A stretch of 64,000 bases of DNA, taken from assembly GCF_009914755.1 (NCBI RefSeq), contig NC_060925.1. One strand, given 5' to 3'. This document shows, in pieces, positions 52,225-64,000 of this stretch. How positions within the stretch are numbered: the first letter of the stretch is position 1; each line of letters starts with the position of its first letter. The stretch comes from the human T2T-CHM13v2.0 reference genome, Homo sapiens. The notes under the pieces were generated by a model, which saw nothing but the letters and a program-made list of their open reading frames with translations, made no database searches and had not been told where the DNA came from. Position numbers and translations under genes: made by a program.

Positions 52225-52650
52225 TCAAATCCATTCCCTGTTCTCCATCTCTACTGCCAATGCCTTAGTTCAAATCTGCAACATCTCAACATCTCTCACC
52301 TGGACTACTGCCTCCAGTCTTGTCTCCCTCAAATCCATCCTCCACACAGCTGGCAAAGTGATCTATTTAAGAAAAAAATTGACCACGTCACTTTTCTTAA
52401 GCTTCTTCAATAGTTTAACATCAAGCTAAAGTCTCCTTTTCATGGCATTCAAAGGCCTTTCATGATCAGGTCTCTACCTACTTCTCCAGCTTCGCCTCTC
52501 CCTACTCCATACCTCAAATTGTAAACTTTAATATACACCATGCTGCTTCCCATCTTCTGGCCTTGGTTCACACAGTCCAGACTAACTGGAATGGGTTCTC
52601 ACCCCACTTTTCTTTTGACTGGCTGATTTCTACTTGTAATACTCAGCTCC
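52225..52650 (+). mobile_element. L2 (LINE2) 3' fragment hosting ABL2 exon 2
   Basis: ...ttctccatctctactgcc...atctctcacctggactactgc...ctccacacagc...gtgatct...catggcattcaaaggcc...cctacttctccagc follows recalled L2 3' consensus. Confidence 0.8.
52300..52362 (-). CDS. ABL2: ABL2 cassette exon 2 (21 aa; L vs S isoforms)
   Basis: aatag|ATCACTTTGCC...AGTCCAG|gtgag; DHFASCVEDGFEGDKTGGSSP; 63 nt, phase 1-1. Confidence 0.92.
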
Positions 52651-52656
52651 AATATA

Positions 52657-52973
52657 TAGTAGTCCCCCTTATCCATGAGGAATATGTTCCAAGACCCCCA
52701 GTGGATGCTTAAAATCAATCAGGATAGTACCAAATCCACTATATACTACGTTTTTCCTACACATACATAACCATGATACAATTTAATTTATAAATTAGGC
52801 TCAGAAAGAGATTAACAATAATACAATGAACAATTATAACAATATATTGTAATAAAATTTATGTGAATGTGGTATCTCTCTTTTTCCCTCAAAATATCTT
52901 AATACTTTCTGACTGGGGTGGAGTGCCAGTAACTGAAACTGTATAAAGCAAAACTGGATAATGGGGGCTACTG
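52657..52973. mobile_element. MER44-type (Tigger7) DNA transposon fragment
   Basis: TIRs AGTAGTCCCCCTTATCC ... GGATAATGGGGGCTACTG. Confidence 0.7.
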
Positions 52974-53252
52974 CACCTCCCATCTGTACTCTCAAAAGCA
53001 TCACAGTTGCTGCATTAATACTCTATCTTTATCTCTATATTAATAATACATTCTACGTATGTTTGTTCCCCAAACATCATAACATGTTCCTTGTATCTGG
53101 AATGGTATTCTTCTCCTACCAAAAGTTACATAGTATGTGTTTAATAACTGTTAGCTAAACAAATGCCCAAATTACACAAACATATAAGTGACAGGAAACA
53201 ACATGTATCTTAATTTTAAAATCACATTAAACAGTATTTAAAAATTGGCTTC

Positions 53253-55921
53253 AGCCAGGCACGGTGGCTCAGGCCTGTAATCCCAGCACTTTGGGAGACT
53301 GGGCAGGTGGATCACCTGAGGTCAGAAGTTTGAGACCAGCCTGATCAACATAGTGAAAAACCCCATCTCTATTAAAAATACAAAAATTGGGCGAGGAGAT
53401 GGACTCGGCCATGGAGGCTGCGTGGAGGCTGCGTGGAGCCTGCTTGGGAACCGGGATGGCGTTTGCCTTCCACCATCAAGTTATTTATAAAATCAAAAGT
53501 TTCCTCCGAGGCCTTGGAGATGCCCTTTCTCTGCATCTGCGAACACCTACTTTCCTATACTTACAGTAGGAAACACAGGAACGTTATTTAGAAATGCCAG
53601 TGGCTCTTTTCTCTCTGTATTTTATTACCTAAATAATGCCCTATGATGTCTTCTCTAACTAGGTCATAAACCAGCATAGGTGAAAATTGCAGCCTCAGCC
53701 TCTCCCTCTCCCTCTCCCTCTCCACGGTCGCCCTCTCCCTCTTTCCACGGTCTCCCTCTGATGCCGAGCTGAAGCTGGACGGTACTGCTGCCATCTCGGC
53801 TCACTGCAACCTCCCTGCCTGATTCTCCTGCCTCAGCTTGCTGAGTGCCTGCGAGTGCAGGCGCGCACCGCCACGCCTGACTGGTTTTCGTATTTTTTTG
53901 GTGGAGACGGGGTTTCGCTGTGTTGGCCGCGCTGGTCTCCAGCTCCTAACCGCGAGTGATCCGCCAGCCTTGGCCTCCCGAGGTGCCGGGATTGCAGACG
54001 GAGTCTCGTTCACTCAGTGCTCAATGGTGCCCAGGCTGGAGTGCAGTGGCGTGATCTCGGCTCACTACAACCTCCACCTCCCAGCAGCCTGCCTTGGCCT
54101 CCCAAAGTGCCGAGATTGCAGCCTCTGCCCGGCCGCCACCCCGTCTGGGAAGTGAGGAGCATCTCCGCCTGGCCGCCCATCGTCTGGGATGTGAGGAGCC
54201 CCTCTGCCTGGCTGCCCAGTCTGGAAAGTGAGGAGCATCTCTGCCCGGGCCGCCATCCCATCTAGGAAGTGAGGAGCGCCTCTTCCCGGCCGCCATCACA
54301 TCTGGGAAGTGAGGAGCGTCTCTGCCCGGCCGCCCATTGTCTGAGATGTGGGGAGCACCTCTGCCCTGCCACCCCGTCCGGGATGTGAGAAGCGTCTCTG
54401 CCCGGCCGCCCCGTCTGAGAAGTGAGGAGACCCTCTGCCTGGCAACCGCCCCGTCTGAGAAGTGAGGAGCCCCTCCGCCCGGCAGCCGCCCCGTCTGAGA
54501 AGTGAGGAGCCCCTCCGCCCAGCAGCCACCCCGTCTGGGAAGTGAGGAGCGTCTCCGCCTGGCAGCCACCTCGTCCGGGAGGGAGGTGGGGGGGTCAGCC
54601 CCCCACCCGGCCAGCCGCCCCATCCGGGAGGGAGGTGAGGGGGTCAGCCCCCCGCCTGGCCAGCCGCCCCATCCGGGAGGTGAGGGGTGCCTCTGCCCGG
54701 CCGCCCCTACTGGGAAGTGAGGAGCCCCTCTGCCCGGCCAGCTGCCCCGTCCGGGAGGGAGGTGGGGGGGTCAGCCCCCCGCCCGGCCAGCCGCCCCGTC
54801 CGGGAGGGAGGGAGGTGGGGGGGTCAGCCCCCAGCCTGGCCAGCCGCCCCGTCCAGGAGGTGAGGGGGCGCCTCTGCCCGGCCGCCCCTACTGGGAAGTG
54901 AGGAGCCCCTCTGCCCGGCCAGCCGCCCCGTCCAGGAGGGAGGTGGGGGGGGTCAGCCCCCCATCCGGCCAGCCGCCCCGTCCAGGAGGTGACGGGCACC
55001 TCTGCCCGGCCGCCCCTACTGGGAAGTGAGGAGCCCCTCTGCCCGGCCAGCCGCCCCGTCCAGGAGGGAGGTGGGGGGGGTCAGCCCCCCGTCCGGCCAG
55101 CCACCCCGTCCGGGAGGTGAGGGGCGCCTCTGCCCGGCTGCCCCTACTGGGAAGTGAGGAGCCCCTCTGCCCGGCCACCACCCCGTCTGGGAGGTGTACC
55201 CAACAGCTCATTGAGAATGGGCCATGATGACAATGGCGGTTTTGTGGAATAGAAAGGGGGGAAAGGTGGGGAAAAGATTGAGAAATCGGATGGTTGCCGT
55301 GTCTGTGTAGAAAGAGGTAGACATGGGAGACTTTTCATTTTGTTCTGTACTAAGAAAAATTCTTCTGCCTTGGGATCCTGTTGATCGGTGACCTTACCCC
55401 CAACCCTGTGCTCCCTGAAACATGTGCTGCATCCACTCAGGGTTGAATGGATTAAGGGCGGTGCAAGATGTGCTTTGTTAAACAGATGCTTGAAGGCAGC
55501 ATGCTCCTTAAGAGTCATCACCACTCCCTAATCTCAAGTACCCAGGGACACAAACACTGCGGAAGGCCGCAGGGTCCTCTGCCTAGGAAAACCAGAGACC
55601 TTTGTTCACTTGTTTATCTGCTGACCTTCCCTCCACTATTGTCCTGTGACCCTGCCAAATCCCCCTCTGCGAGAAACACCCAAGAATGATCAATAAAAAA
55701 TCAATAAATAAATAAATAAATAAATAAATAAAAATAAAAATAAAAATACAAAAATTAGCCAGGCATGGTGGCACATGCCTATAATCCCAGCTACTTCGGA
55801 GGCTGAGGCACGAGAATTGCTTGAGTCTGGGAGGTGGAGGTTGCAGTGAGCCAAGATCGCCGCTGTGCTCCAGCCTGGGTGACAACAGAGTGAGACCCTG
55901 TCTCAAAAAAAAAAAAAAAAA
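53253..55921 (+). mobile_element. Host Alu split by the SVA (left arm 53253-53388, right arm 55742-55921)
   Basis: Left and right monomers rejoin across the TSD; the Alu has its own flanking GGCTTCA repeat. Confidence 0.9.
53389..55741 (+). mobile_element. Full-length SVA (probably SVA_D) with ~310-bp 5' transduction, inserted in an Alu linker
   Basis: (CCCTCT)n from ~53699, Alu-like domain, GC-rich VNTR ~54120-55195, SINE-R, AATAAA 55692, (TAAA)n tail; 15-bp TSD AAAAATACAAAAATT at 53374-53388 and 55742-55756. Confidence 0.95.
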
Positions 55922-56724
55922 GGCTTCATAACTTCTACATGATATACACACAGAAATTCCTGTTGTAGGTTGGCTCTGTAATTCTCCAGTTTCAGAGTTT
56001 CATATTCCCTTCTCTCAAAAAGAATATATATTTAAAATTCCAGTTAATTCAATTTTGTTTTACATTATGATAAACTTAAAAAAAGTTCTGATATCATGGA
56101 AAGTTAAAGTAGTTATGTTGTTCCTTATTTAAATGCAGAATTATGGTGAATGGGAACAGCTGTATTCTATACCAAGATAGCCAATTTGGGATGACCAAAT
56201 CAACAAAAATCCATATTGTAAAAAACATTCTTCAAACCGGTTTCATATATCGTATTTGTCTTTATTCTAATGCAAAAATTATCTACTCTAGCAGAATTTC
56301 CACTGGCTACAAAATGCCAATCCTTTATTAAAATGAAAAAAATGCCAAAAAAAGTACAGAAAATATCCATATTTATTAGCACCCATTACTGAACACTACA
56401 TAATCCACACTTATAAATATATATATATATTTTTGCCAGTGACACTGGTAACACATTACAATGTTTATAAATACTCTGTTTAATGATTATCAGTTTATTT
56501 AATTATTCGTAGTACAGGAAAAGTTCCCCTTGTTTGAAATTATAAGAGAAAAACTCAACAGTAAAAAGAACTTTGGTACTATCAACAACCAAGTTAGAAA
56601 TAGTAATAAGCAGAAGCCAACTCTTAACCCCTATCAGGACAAAACCAGCAAATGTCATATAGTTATACCTTACTTTGTGAAACTCAGTATATTAAATTTT
56701 AAAGTTTACAAAACAGTAATTTGA

Positions 56725-57125
56725 TCACCCTGAGGGTGAGGACAGTGATGCAATATTGAGCAGCTTCCTGGGCTCACACAATCAGGAGCTGGCCAAGAAC
56801 TGGATTTCCACAGTGGACATAAGGGGCGCCACGGGCACTGTGGAGCTGCTGTGGGCCACTGACTGGAGGCCAATTCTGGACCGGGTGCCTTACATCCACA
56901 GCAAGTTTAAGAAGGATGATTGATTAAACTGATGCCTCCATGAACCCCTCTGCTGTCAGGTGGTGCCAGCTCCTCCCATGTCAGCGCCTGCTGCATCTGC
57001 AACAGCCCAAGCTCTCAGGATGGACGCTCAGGGAATCTACAGTGCAACTTAAGATTTCTTGTATTTCTGAAAACAGCTGGGGTGTTTTAAGCACACAGCA
57101 TTAAACCTCACTATGAAACCTGCCC
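56725..57125 (+). pseudogene. UQCR11 processed pseudogene (complex III 6.4-kDa subunit)
   Basis: 56753-56923 reads ILSSFLGSHNQELAKNWISTVDIRGATGTVELLWATDWRPILDRVPYIHSKFKKDD*, colinear with UQCR11 (WATDWRLILDWVPYINGKFKKD); intronless; 3'UTR-like sequence and ATTAAA ~57100; ATG changed to ATA. Confidence 0.9.
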
Positions 57126-57645
57126 CCTGCCTGGATATTAATCATGCTGATAACTCAGTTACTTTGATTACAGCTCCAGAGAATGACCCAGGGATCTTTT
57201 CAAGCTCCAAAATGCTGCCAGTTTAGGAGAGTTTTCCAGTGGCTGTCAGATATTGTTTAATTATTATTATTGAGACAAGGTCTTGCCGTGTTGTCCAGGC
57301 TGGTCTCAAACTCCTGAGCTCAAGCGATCCACCTGCCTTGGCCTCCCAAAGTACTGCGATTACAAGCACGAGCCACCGCGCCCAGCCTGTTTAATTATTT
57401 TAAATGTTTATTGGGGAAAAAGAAATCCCTAGTAATTTGAGTGAATACCACATGCAAGGCACTGTGCTGGGCTTCAGAATATAAAGATGAGAAATCACTA
57501 ATAACACCATTGGGACTCAATATGCAAAACTATCATCCATCCTTCCCTCCAAATTTGTTTCTCTCACTGAATTCCCCATTTCAGTTAATGGCAATTCCAT
57601 CTTTTCAAATGTTGAGGCCAAAAACCATGGAATCCTTCATGGCTC

Positions 57646-58512
57646 TGAGAGGTGACAGTGTGCTGGCAGTCCTCACAGCCCTCGCTCGCTCTCGGTGCCT
57701 CCTCTGCCTGGGCTCCCACTTTGGTGGCACTTGAGGAGCCCTTCAGCGCACCGCTGCACTGTGGGAGCCCCTTTCTGGGCTGGCCAAGGCCGGAGCCCAC
57801 TCCCTCAAGCTTGCAGGGAGGTGTGGAGGGAGAGGCGCCAGCAGGAACCGGGGCTGCCTGCCGCGCTTGCGGGCCAGCTGGAGTTCCGGGTGGGCGTGGG
57901 CTTGGCGGGCCCCGCACTCACACTCGGAGCAGCCAGCCAGCCCTGTCAGCCCCGGGCAATGAGGGACTTAGCACCTGGGCCAGCGGCTGTGGAGGATCTA
58001 CTGGGTCCCCCAGCAGTGCCAGCCCACCGGTGCTGCGCTCAATTTCTCGCTGGGCCTTAGCTGCCTTCCCGCGGGGCAGGCCACCCACCCAGCAGTGGCA
58101 ACCCACTCGGGTCCCCTTCCACACTGTGGAAGCTTTGTTCTTTCGCTCTTTGCAATAAATCTTGCTACTGCTCACTCTTTGGGTCCACACTGCTTTTATG
58201 AGCTGTAACACTCACCGCAAAGATCTGCAGCTTCACTCCTGAAGCCAGCAAGACCACGAGCCCACCGGGAGGAACGAACAACTCCAAACGCGCTACCTTA
58301 AGAGCTGTAACACTCACTGCAAAGGTCTGCAGCTTCACTCCTGAGCCAGCGAGACCACGAACTCACCAGAAGGAAGAAACTCCGAACACATCTGAACATC
58401 AGAAGGAACAAACTCCAGACACGCCACCTTAAGAGCTGTAGCACTCACCGCGAGGGTCTGCGGCTTCATTCTTGAAGTCAGTGAGACCAAGAACCCACCA
58501 ATTCCGGACACA
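57646..58512 (+). mobile_element. LTR12C (ERV9) solo LTR with internal deletion
   Basis: TGAGAGGTGACAG...GAACCCACCAATTCCGGACACA; 4-bp TSD GCTC (57642-57645, 58513-58516); inserted in an L2. Confidence 0.92.
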
Positions 58513-58640
58513 GCTCCCTTCTTGCTCTCACAAACAACATCCAATTCACTCAGAAATTCCATTGGCACTGCCTTCAAAAATATATCCAGAATCTAACCAC
58601 TTCTCATTCAGTACCACTTCATGACCACCATCATCTAGGT

Positions 58641-58969
58641 AAGGGGACCCCAACCCCTGGGCCACAGACAGGTCTGTGGCCTGTTAGGAACTGGGCCACA
58701 CAGCAGCAGGTGAGCAGCGGGCCAGCGAGCATTACCGCTTGAGCTCCACCTCCCGTCAGATTAGTGGAGGCATTTGATTCTCACAGGAGCTGAAACCTAC
58801 TGTGAACTGCTCATGCAAGGGATCTAGGTTGAATGCTCCTTATGATAATCTAATGCCTGATGATCTGAGGTGGAACAGTTTCATGTGAAACCACCGCTCC
58901 CCACCCAGTCTGTGAAAAAATTGACTTCCATGAAACTGGTCCCTGGTGCCAAAAAGGTTGGGACCACTG
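58641..58969. mobile_element. MER1B (hAT-Charlie) element
   Basis: AGGGGACCCCAACCCC...TGGTGCCAAAAAGGTTGGGACCACTG; interrupts the same L2. Confidence 0.8.
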
Positions 58970-59637
58970 ATGTAGACTATTTCACTAGACTCCTGATTTC
59001 CATGCTTCCGTGCTTGTTCCCTACTGTTTATTCTCAACATACCAGCCATCTTTCAGAGCATAAGTCAGATTGCTACTCCTCTGTTCAAGACTCTTCAAAG
59101 GTTCCCCATTTTAGAGTAAAAGCTAAAATCCTTAAAGGCCCTGCAAGGTCCTTCACAATTGGTCTTGCCCAGCATCTCCTGCTGCTATTCCTCTACCTTA
59201 TTCTGGCCACTGACATCAATGCTATTGCTTGAACAAAGCAGGCACACTTCTGCCTCAGGACCTTTGCGCTGGCTTTTCCTTTTGCCTAAAACACTCTTCC
59301 CCATGACATTTCACCAAATGTTACCTTCTCAGTATGTCATTCTCTGATTATTCCATTTTAAAGTACATCTATTCTTGATAACACTCTCACATCCCCCACT
59401 GACTCCTTTCCTGATTTATTTTATCTCCATAGCTCTTATTACCACCAAACATAGTGTATAATTTACTTATTTATTATTATATTCATGTATCTAAGTCTCC
59501 TTGCTAAAATGTAAGTTTTATGAGGACCAGGATTGTTGTCTGTTTTGTTCACTGAACAGTGACTCCAGAACAGTGTCTACATATAAGAGGCTCTCAAAAA
59601 AGATTTGCTGAATGAATGAACTATGTATACATCCTTA

Positions 59638-60170
<533 letters not shown>

Positions 60171-61922
60171 CTACCCAGGAAGCTGAGGTAGGATTGTCTG
60201 AGCCTGGGAGGTTGAGCCTGCAGTGAGCCAAGATCACACCATTGTACTCCAATCTAGACAATAGAACAAAACCCTGTCTTTAAGAAAAAAAAAAATTAGA
60301 TTAATAGGAATTCTGCACTGATGACAGTAGAGTGACAGACTGTCAATACGCAAGGACATGTTTATAATAAGGGGAAACTCTGAACCCAAAAGAGGACTCT
60401 TAAAGACAAGTCAACTTCCTGAAAGTTGTGTTATCTGACAAAAGGAGAAAACAGAATGAGATCTACAGCACGATTTTATGTAAATTTAGAAGATATATGC
60501 AGGCCAAACAATATTATATTTCTGAAATATGTAAAGTAATAACTATAGGATAAAAGTAATTTTTGAGGCCAAAGTACTAAAAGAACCACAACTTAGAAAA
60601 CAATCCTTCTTATTCCCCATTCCCCTTCTTCCCGTCTCTGGTTTTACGGTCTTTTTGGTTGAGTCAAAAGATCTTATTTCCTTCCTTTCTTCTTTCTTCC
60701 CACTCCTCTTTTGTTCTCAAAGAACTTAGGGTCAATTTCCTGCACAATCTGTCTGCACAGGATATCCACTTAAACACCATTCTACCCATTAGCACCAAAC
60801 AAAAGGAAAACTTTTTCAAAGAGAAAAACACCCTAACATTTTTCTGAAGCTAAGAACGAACATATTTTGAATCATAAAGAGTAAGGGAACTAAATGAGGG
60901 GGAACAAGATAAGGGATAAAGGCAAAAACAAAAGAAAACAAAAGCCTGTGGGAAGAGCAAGTAAATGTCAGTGTTACCCAGTAGCTATAGTCTATGTCAC
61001 TTTCCTCATTGGTTAAGACAGACATGTCTGGATGATTCAGATGTACTGTATACGCCCAAATGCAAGTGTGTGGGCTGGGAATGGTTTATTTTTGAACAAA
61101 ATGAAATGACTACTATAAATTAGGTAACTTAGATATCAAGTTAACTTATCTTCCATTATTCACTGCTATAGAGGTAGATCAGAGATTTAAGATGGGATAA
61201 GAGAAGACTGATTTTCACTCACATGTAAAGAACCTAGATAACAGAAATATATTATCACAATTTAAAAAAGGCATTTTTTTTCTATTGCTACAGTTGCAGG
61301 CTACAACAAAAATAAAGCAAAACAGAATAGCCACTTGTACAAAGTAAATTATCATGATTGAAAAAGTTAAAACCCAAAATAATAAAACTGAAATTGAGAA
61401 AATTCCTAAGCTTCATGTTTAATTTTATTAAAAATACTTTTCACCAGTTAGTCATTCAGTAACTTTTATCAGTTTAATTAGAAATTTGTCAGGTAGTAAT
61501 AGGAGAAATTAATATTACAAATTTTTAGTTTAGGCATTTTCAAGTATTTTATAAACATTATCTTGCCAGAATTCTACTTTATCTGACTGTATATTCTCTA
61601 AGAAGCTAATAAGTTTTAATAACTTCTTTTAAAAATTATGTAAGGTAAATTATTCAACAGTTTTCAATATAGCTTAAGTTCTTCACATCAAGCCATCTAT
61701 ATCTTATTATTACAAAATACTACATATTATCCATACATTCTTCCATTCAGTATTTATTGAGATCCTACTATGAGATATTCCCCCAAGAAAGCACACAAAC
61801 TTTCACTGACCAAGAATGAAGACAAAAACAGTAGCAGATAAGATGAATTTTTTGAAATCTTCATTCACACTTGATTAATGTGGTTATCAAGCCTCCCTGA
61901 AACTATCAACTCTGAACCATAC

Positions 61923-62034
61923 CTGTTAAGTCGGGTAGAGCAGATTCTGAGGCCTCAGTGCACAGGCAGCAAAGTGAAGTGTCCTGATCTCTGCCATAAG
62001 TATTAGGTGGAAGGAGAACTGTCCCAAGGACCAT
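61923..62034 (-). CDS. ABL2: ABL2 alternative first coding exon 1A
   Basis: GGTATGG start; MVLGTVLLPPNTYGRDQDTSLCCLCTEASESALPDLT; G|gtatgg donor; exons 1A to 12 sum to 3504 nt = 1167 aa. Confidence 0.93.
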
Positions 62035-62654
62035 ACCTCTGCCCAGAAGCACAAAAGTTAAACTGTTCTGTGTAAAGAGGAAGTCTTAGAATTCCATTCT
62101 CTGACAAGCAATACCACATGCATGTGACATTTACTCATGTACTCAGTGGCCAGAGGGAACCAATAAAATGGTGAGCATTCACAATTCCCAAAGTGGGTGG
62201 AGAGTGACCTAAAGGAAAATTTCCAGCAATCCGCAAAAGACTGAGTCAGAATGGAGTTACTTCAAAATCTCTGAGAACACTTTTAAAATGTAAGTAAAAT
62301 AAAAACCAACATATATATGTATAACAAATAGCCTAATAATAAAACAATGTAGAAGTTAATATATCTCTATTTTATAGGGAGATGATGAGGTGAGACTAGA
62401 GAGAAAAGTTTCCTTGGAGAAAATCTGTTTACAATAAAACACGAAATACACTTTTAAAAGAAAGGAAACGCCTAACAAGACTCATCTTTTACATCACTTA
62501 AATAGTTCAAGAAACCACAAAGCCAAAGTCAAAGAAATAGCTGTGATCTGATTCATGAGCACAGAAGCCAAGAAATAACTGCCTTTGCTAACAATCTGGC
62601 TCTATAGCTTAATAAAGGTTAAAAACATGGCAATATAGTGTTGAAAACTTTTGA

Positions 62655-62966
<312 letters not shown>

Positions 62967-63262
62967 TGAGCCACCATGCCCAGCCTGAGTGTTAAAAGTT
63001 TTTAAAGCAAAAAGCCCAATCTTTGTTAATAAACAGGAACAAAGTTAAAGAAAATTTAAAAACCTGAAAATGATAGTACTTTATGAGAATTAAACTAGTA
63101 AAACCTACAAATAATACATGACTTTAATGTATGATCTACAAAAATAATATTAAAGAGCGTTTGTAGGCCACGGGCGGTGGCTCACGCCTGTAATGCCAGC
63201 ACTTTGGGAGGCAGAGGTGGGTGTATCACAAGGTCAGGAGATCGAGACCATCCTCCTGGCTA

Positions 63263-63502
<240 letters not shown>

Positions 63503-64000
63503 TCACTCAATAAATATTTATTAAGCACCTACTATGTACCAGCCCCTGTTCTAGGTCAATATAAGTAACAGGGTAAGATAATAGGATGACAGGACTGAAA
63601 CAGCCTTAGAGAAAATTGAAAAATAAAATGGTAACTTAACCTTATTAGAGAAAGAATAACTTTAATGTAGGTAATTATTAACTATTTAAAATAACAAAGC
63701 TTATGTTTTCAATAAAATTATCCTTTATAAAGCCAGTACTTTCAACATCAAGGGACAAATAAAAGAGTTAGATGACTAAAGGTTACCACAATTATGACTA
63801 AGAATTTCAAATACCAGATTGAATATCTCATTCTCCGGATTATAGAAAAAAAGGTATGGGAAAGGATCTTCATCATCCACATTCTATCCATATGTAGACT
63901 CTATACCATATGGTTTACTATTTAATCAATAAATCTTCTATTTAAATTACCAATAATTAGTAGTTACATTTTCAATTACTTATAGCATAATTTGGAATAA

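Larger units (their letters stand above)
57520..59620 (+). mobile_element. L2 fragment interrupted by LTR12C and MER1B
   Basis: L2 3' motifs (cttcaaaaatatatccagaatctaaccacttctc; gcctcaggacctttgc; tttgctgaatgaatgaa terminus). Confidence 0.75.

Noticed and set aside
53387-53569. 60-aa ORF in the SVA 5' leader
   Set aside because: Begins at a TTG created by the TSD junction; no recognisable protein
54120-55195. Regularly spaced repeats resembling a CRISPR-like array
   Set aside because: SVA VNTR; no unique spacers, eukaryotic context
53801-55689. Many 60-200-aa ORFs on both strands
   Set aside because: Artefacts of the stop-poor SVA VNTR, Alu-like and SINE-R sequence
57585-58211. Overlapping 97-168-aa ORFs
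   Set aside because: GC-rich LTR12C sequence

Overview
Human (primate) genomic DNA, recognisable as the 1q25.2 locus. The + strand carries the complete TOR3A (torsin 3A/ADIR) gene: six coding exons from 1134 to 14215, reconstructing to exactly 397 aa, with a CpG-island promoter that has ISRE- and GAS-like motifs. An alternative terminal exon inside an LTR8-like solo LTR gives a 336-aa form. The - strand carries the convergent ABL2 (ARG) tyrosine kinase gene from alternative first exon 1A (ATG 62034) to exon 12 (stop 26718). It reconstructs to 1167 aa with an ~8.4-kb 3'UTR ending near 18335; exon 1B lies outside the window. The introns hold dozens of Alus (several nested), L1/L2/MIR/MER fragments, a full-length SVA with a ~310-bp 5' transduction, an internally deleted LTR12C, and a UQCR11 retrocopy. 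No wholly new gene system is demonstrable. The most original lead is that skipping TOR3A exon 5 would mirror the splice that makes TOR2A prosalusin and would yield a salusin-beta-like C-terminal peptide. Two further leads are TE-derived coding exons: LTR8 in TOR3A and L2 in ABL2 exon 2. Reference sequences used for comparison are recalled from memory, not searched.
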